56,258 bases of DNA, taken from Paraspadella gotoi (taxonomy: Eukaryota > Animalia > Chaetognatha). Location: positions 11,697,027 through 11,753,284 of the forward strand of contig CM119264.1 of the NCBI GenBank assembly GCA_051294375.1, read 5' to 3'. The translations under genes and the position numbers were made by a program. Under the pieces are notes generated by a model. It made no database searches. It saw only the letters and a program-made list of their open reading frames with translations, and was not told where the DNA came from. Of this stretch, positions 49,575 to 56,258 are shown in pieces (positions within the stretch are counted from its first letter, which is position 1; each line of letters starts with the position of its first letter).

Positions 49575-50177
49575 GTGTCATCCTCGTCGTCGTTGTCGTC
49601 GTCGTCGTCATCGTCGTCATCCTCGTCCTCGTCGTCGTCGTCGTCGGATAGCAAAGCGGGCCTCGTCTTTAACGTGGGCGTCAAGATTAATCACGCTAGC
49701 GTCTTAGAGGATCGCGACGCCCCCATGGCTGCGTCCGCCATGTCCGCCGAAGCCCCCTCAGCCGACGCGAGACCCAATCAAGCCCTTTCTTCCCCCGGTT
49801 CCGCCGCCGGAAAAACTTCCGGCAAATCTTCCGTCCGTCTCTCGAACTCAGCCGGTGGCAGGAGTCGAAATCTTTGGAAATTCGGCAAAACGTCAAGGCA
49901 AAAAAAATTGCCCCCGGAGTCTGGAATGAGACGGAGTCACGAGACGGGGAGTTCTCAAGGGGCTGGGGCGACTGTGGCGGAGGCGGCGCCGTCTACTGCG
50001 GCGGAGGCGGAGGCAGCGGCGGAGTCGACTTTTGCAGCGGACCAACCGGCAACAAAAAGAATTTCTCTCAGGTGCGAATCAACATTCTACAACTATAAGA
50101 TAGGAAAGATATCATTAGAAATCGATCAACCTCTCTGTATTAAAATTTGTAAAAATTATCCCTTCACATTTTGGTAG
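49575..50177 (+). CDS. 200-codon Ser/Ala-rich ORF of unknown product; strand and frame uncertain
   Basis: Longest complex ORF in the window. It ends TGG TAG TAA CAG inside a PAN-like Cys pattern. Other copies have indels, and the shadow frame (poly-Asp, FQRFRLLPPAEFERRTEDLPEVF) is also plausible. Confidence 0.35.
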   Translation: MSSSSSLSSSSSSSSSSSSSSSSSDSKAGLVFNVGVKINHASVLEDRDAPMAASAMSAEAPSADARPNQALSSPGSAAGKTSGKSSVRLSNSAGGRSRNLWKFGKTSRQKKLPPESGMRRSHETGSSQGAGATVAEAAPSTAAEAEAAAESTFAADQPATKRISLRCESTFYNYKIGKISLEIDQPLCIKICKNYPFTFW

Positions 50178-50361
50178 TAACAGATTCATCCGATGTGACG
50201 GATTTTAAGTAAACGTCCATGCGTGCTTGTTTCGCGCGCCAAGCTTTCAGCCAACGGAATCCTTCAAAAACCAAAACCAATAAATCTTGTCAAAGGCATC
50301 GATTTTCACTAAGAAGCCTGTCATTTTCTTGCCCCCTTTCAAGTCTCTCTCTCTCTCTCTC

Positions 50362-52417
50362 CAGAAAAAAAACAAATAAAAGAGAAGAAAGAAGGGAAAA
50401 AAAGAAAAAAAGAGGAAAGAAAAAGATTGAGGGAAGGAGAGAGAGAGGAGAGAGAGAGAGAGAGATGAGACTGATGAGAGAGAAGAGAGAGAGATGATGG
50501 CGAGAGAGACGGATGAGAGAGAGCAGAGACTTGAAAAGGCGGGGCAAGAAAATGGACAGGCTTCTTAGCTGAAAATCGATTGCCTTTGACAGATTTATTG
50601 GTTTTGGTTTGAAGGATTCCGTTTGCGCCTGAAAGCTTGGCGCCCTGCGAAACAGCACGCATGGACGTTTACTTAAAATCCGTCACATCGGATGATCTGT
50701 TTACTACCCAAAATGTGAAGGGATAATTTTTACAAATTTTAATACAGAGAGGTTAGATCGATTTCTAATGATATCTTTCCCCTATCTTATAGTTGTTAGA
50801 ATGTTTGAATTCGCACCTGAGAGAGAAATTCCTTTTTGTTGCCGGTTGGTCCGCTGCAAAGTCGACTCCGCCGCTTGCCTCCGCCTCCGCGCAGTAAGCA
50901 CGCGCCGCCTCCGCCACAGTTCGCCCCAGCCCCTTGAGAACTCCCGTCTCGCGACTCCGTTTCTCATTCAGACTCCGGGGGCAATTTTTTTTGCCTTGAC
51001 GACGTTTGCCGATTTCCAAAGATTTCGACTCCTGCCACCGGCTGAGTTCGAGAGACGGACGGAAAGATTTGCTGGAAGTTTTTCGGCGGCTGGTAACCGG
51101 GGGGAAAGAAAGGGCTTGATTTGGGTCCGCGTCGGCTGAGGGGGCTTCCCGGACATGTGCGGACGCAGGCCATGGGGGGCGTCGCGATTCCTTCTTAAGA
51201 CGCTAGCGTGATAATCTTGATCGCCCATCTCTCTCTNNNNNNNNNNNNNNNNNNNNNNNNNCTCGTGACCTAATGATGTGTTCATAAAAATTTCTGCTGA
51301 TAGATAAAACATTTTTTTATTCGACCCACGCAGACTTTTGTTTTTCAAAATGTGCGAAGTTAAAGAGTTTTTTTTTCTGCGGACTCGAGTGAACCGAGTG
51401 AATTTTACTATGTTGAATGAATATTTAATATAATATTGCAGAAAATTAAAAAAAAGATAATAAATGGTATCTACTACGTATGTATAGAAAGACGGCACGA
51501 TGCGGCGCCGCTGGCATCGCACTGGGCGCGGCGGACGCTTAGGGTCGCGACGCCGATTAAGCGGACCGGCGCTAAGATTCCGCGCGTAGAGATTCGAGAC
51601 GCGGTGCCGAGGGGAAGGAGTTGATTGAAATTTTGAATTTTTTTTTTCATTTTCTTTAAATTCTGCCACTTAGTTCATTGGGAGAGCTGAGATGTGAGTT
51701 TAAGAGAGAGAGATGGGCGATCAAGATTATCACGCTAGCGTCTTAGAAGGATCGCGACGCCCCCATGGCTGCGTCCGCCATGTCCGGGAAGCCCCCTCAG
51801 CCGACGCGAGACCCAAATCAAGCCTTTCTTCCCCCCGGTTCCGCCGCCGGAAAAACTTCCGGCAAATCTTCCGTCCGTCTCTCGAACTCAGCCGGTGGCA
51901 GGAGTCGAAATCTTTGGAAATCGGCAAACGTCGTCAAGGCAAAAAAAATTGCCCCCGGAGTCTGGAATGAGACGGAGTCGCGAGACGGGGAGTTCTCAAG
52001 GGGCTGGGGCGACTGTGGCGGAGGCGGCGACGTGCTACTGCGCGGAGGCGGAGGCAGGCGGCGGAGTCGACTTTTGCAGCGGACCAACCGGCAACAAAAA
52101 GGAATTTCTCTCAGGTGCGAATTCAACATTCTAACAACTATAAGATAGGGGAAAGAATATCATTAGAAATCGATCTAACCTCTCTGTATTAAAATTTGTA
52201 AAAATTATCCCTTCACATTTTGGTAGTAACAGATCATCCGATGTGACGGATTTTAAGTAAACGTCCATGCGTGCTTGTTTCGCGCGCCAAGCTTTCAGCC
52301 AACGGAATCCTTCAAAACCAAAACCAATAAATCTTGTCAAAGCAATCGATTTTCACTAAGAAGCCTGTCCATTTTCTTGCCCCCTTTCAAGTCTCTCTCT
52401 CTCTCATCGTCTCTCTC

Positions 52418-52466
<49 letters not shown>

Positions 52467-53307
52467 CTCTCTCCTTCCCTCAATCTTTTTTCTTTCCTCT
52501 TTTTTCTCTTTTTCCTTCTTTCTTCTCTTTTTTTGTTTTTTTTCTGCTCGTGACCTAATGATGTGTTCATAAAAAATTTCTCTGATAGATAAAACTTTTT
52601 TATTCGACCACGCAAGACTTTTGTTTTCAAAAATGTGCGAAGTTAAAGAGTTTTTTTTCTGCGGACTCGAGTGAACCGAGTGAATTTTTACTATGTTGAA
52701 TGAATATTTTAATATAATATTGCAGAAATTAAAAAAAAGATAATAAATGGATCTACTACGTAATGTATAGAAGACGGCACGATGCGGCCGCGCTGGCAAC
52801 GCACTGGGCGCGGCGGACGCTTAGGGTCGCGACGCCGATTAAGCGGAGCCGGCGCTAAGATTCCGCGCGTAGAGGATTCGAGACGCGGTGCCGAGGGGAA
52901 GGAGTTGATTGAAATTTTGAATTTTTTTTTTTCATTTTCTTTAAATTCTGCACTTAGTTCATTGGGAGAGCTGAGATGTGAGTTTAAGTTACGATAATGA
53001 TTACGGCAGTTGATATAATAACGATATAATAATTTAGGTATTAAACCTATCCTTCCTTGTTTGTACATTTGGCCAATATACTCTGTTGAACGTAGAAAAG
53101 TGGTTGTCGCTGATAGGAACGCAACAGGAAGAAAATCCNNNNNNNNNNNNNNNNNNNNNNNNNTTACGATAATGATTACGGCAGTTGATATAATAACGAT
53201 TAATAATTTAGGTATTAAACCTTCCTTCCTTGTTGTACATTTGGCCAATATACTCTGTTGAACGTAGAAAAGTGGTTGTCGCTGATGAACGCACAGGAGA
53301 GAATCCA
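50362..53307. repeat. Nested local duplications: 50362-51226 inverted copy of 51715-52546; 51262-51703 copy of 52547-52988; 51715-52400 copy of 49676-50360; 53164-53307 copy of 52989-53138
   Basis: Direct string matches. Breakpoints coincide with 25-N gaps and adapter-like ends. Confidence 0.9.
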
Positions 53308-53602
53308 TTACTAAGTTGACAAAGTATGTAGTTTAAAATTGTATTCTTTATTAAAATCTAGCGATATTCAAACAAAATCGTGAATGCCGGACAAACGCAG
53401 TGAACCCGACTCTCTACATACAATCTACATCCGCCAATTTTATAATGGCGACCGAAATCAGGGAGGAAGGGAGCTGGAGTTAAATATAGAGCGCGATGAC
53501 TGTCAGCTGACTTCTTTAATGAACCTTGTAAAGTTTTTTCCTTTCTCGAACTCGGCCATTCGTATGCGGTTTCTCTCTCTCTCTCTCGTCTTCTCTCTCC
53601 TC

Positions 53603-53644
<42 letters not shown>

Positions 53645-55004
53645 CTCTCTCCTCTCTCTCTCTCTCTCACCGAGCAGGGGCAGGTGCTCGACGCCGGTTC
53701 CCCATCCAACGGTCGAACCCGTGAGTTTTTTCTTTTGTACACATACGTGCACGAGCGAGCGTGTACGAGCATGCTTGTGTACTTTTGTGCATGCGCGAGG
53801 GGAACAGTTAGGGTTTTTTCGCTAAGAAAGCAGGAAAATGAATATCGCTCTTGTCTCTGCTTTAATGCAAGCAATATGGGCCGTTTAATTAGCTAATTAC
53901 TCTAAACTCTGTTCAACAAAATTGCAATAAAAATAAGTAAAAATTCAATATTTTCGATTTTAAAATATTAAAAAATAGATATTGGATTTAGTTACGTCAT
54001 CGCAAATGTTTATAATTCACCAATTAAATCTATTTTTAATTCGATCCAGGACGTCACATTTGTCTCCACTTCAAAAGATCAATTTTGGTTCGAAAGTTGG
54101 AAACAACTTCGACAAAAGTTTCTTCAAGAGAAGAAGTCGCAGCAACAGTCGAAACCCAATATTCAGCAAACGAATAAAAGGCGAAACTCTCCTGCAAAAG
54201 AATGAATTAAAAAAGCAGCAAAATAAAAAAGCGGGCGACGACGAGAAGGACGACGACGCCCGGGACGACGAAGTACGACGACGACGAGAAACGACGACGA
54301 CGACCTCAACTCCGAAGAGCCGACGAAAAGACTCGATAACATCGGAGGGAAAAAGTGAAAAAATCGAAAGAGCCAACAACTATGGCGAATATTATCGATG
54401 ATAGAAACAAAACGAGCAGAGAAAACAACCACACAACAACGACAAACGACTACAAAACCGGCGCGAACGAACGAGAATGAAAAAAGTCGAAGAATCGATG
54501 AATTGAGGAAGACGAAACCCTCTTCACATCAGGAGACAAGACTCAACAGACTCCGAGCCAGGATGAGGGAGAGACGGGAGAGGAGGAAAGAGAGAGGGAG
54601 GAGAAGAGAGAAGGAAGTGAGAGGAGAGAGAGAGAAGGGGAGAGGAGAGAGAGAGAAGGGGAGAGGAGAGAGAAGGAGAGACGAGACAGTGACGATCGAA
54701 TTTCCGAAAACGCCGCAGAACGAAGATTTTTTCTCTCGACGAACAAAGAATCTCGTCTTCCGAAAAGAGGAGGAGAGAGAGAGAGGAAGAGGAGGGCGAG
54801 GAGAAGGGAGAAGAGAGAGGAAGGAGGAAGAGAAGAGTGGGAGAGGGGCTGAGGGACAGGATGAGGAGTCAGTGGAGGAGCGAGGAGAAGGAAGAGGAGA
54901 GACGAGGGGAGGAAGGAAACGATCGCCAAGACTTTTCCCAATTTGGATATTTTCACCCTACGAAGATAAAAGACGAGCGAGGTGATTAAAGGAGAGAGAA
55001 AAGA

Positions 55005-55038
<34 letters not shown>

Positions 55039-55105
55039 AGAGAGAGACGAGAGAGAGAGAAGAAGACAGGAGAGAGAGGAGATGAGAGAGAGAGAATACC
55101 TGGAA

Positions 55106-56258
<1,153 letters not shown>

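Overview
Low-complexity eukaryotic nuclear DNA, probably from an invertebrate or protist. CpG is not visibly depleted and (AG)n/(CT)n microsatellites dominate. It comes from an error-rich long-read assembly: seven gaps of exactly 25 N, homopolymer indels between duplicate copies, and probable PacBio SMRTbell adapter remnants at duplication breakpoints. Much of 31.5-56 kb is the same DNA written two to four times in direct or inverted orientation, including a ~7 kb inverted duplication (31489-38339 vs 41737-49073); I read most of this as artefact. Nearly all ORF-track entries are translated microsatellites, and I cannot name any gene. The best-supported biology is a head-to-head gene pair (35785/36033) whose + gene has a signal-peptide-like first exon, a Gln/Thr-rich coding frame at the right end, a Helentron/DINE-1-like non-autonomous element, a foldback element, a CCAAT-box cluster, a 7/10-bp satellite and a ~150-bp core tandem array. 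The most interesting lead is speculative. Several exon-like islands, some with PAN/apple-like Cys spacing, stay in frame only if TAA/TAG are read as Gln, which would imply a non-standard nuclear code. There is real counter-evidence, and it needs a computational test.
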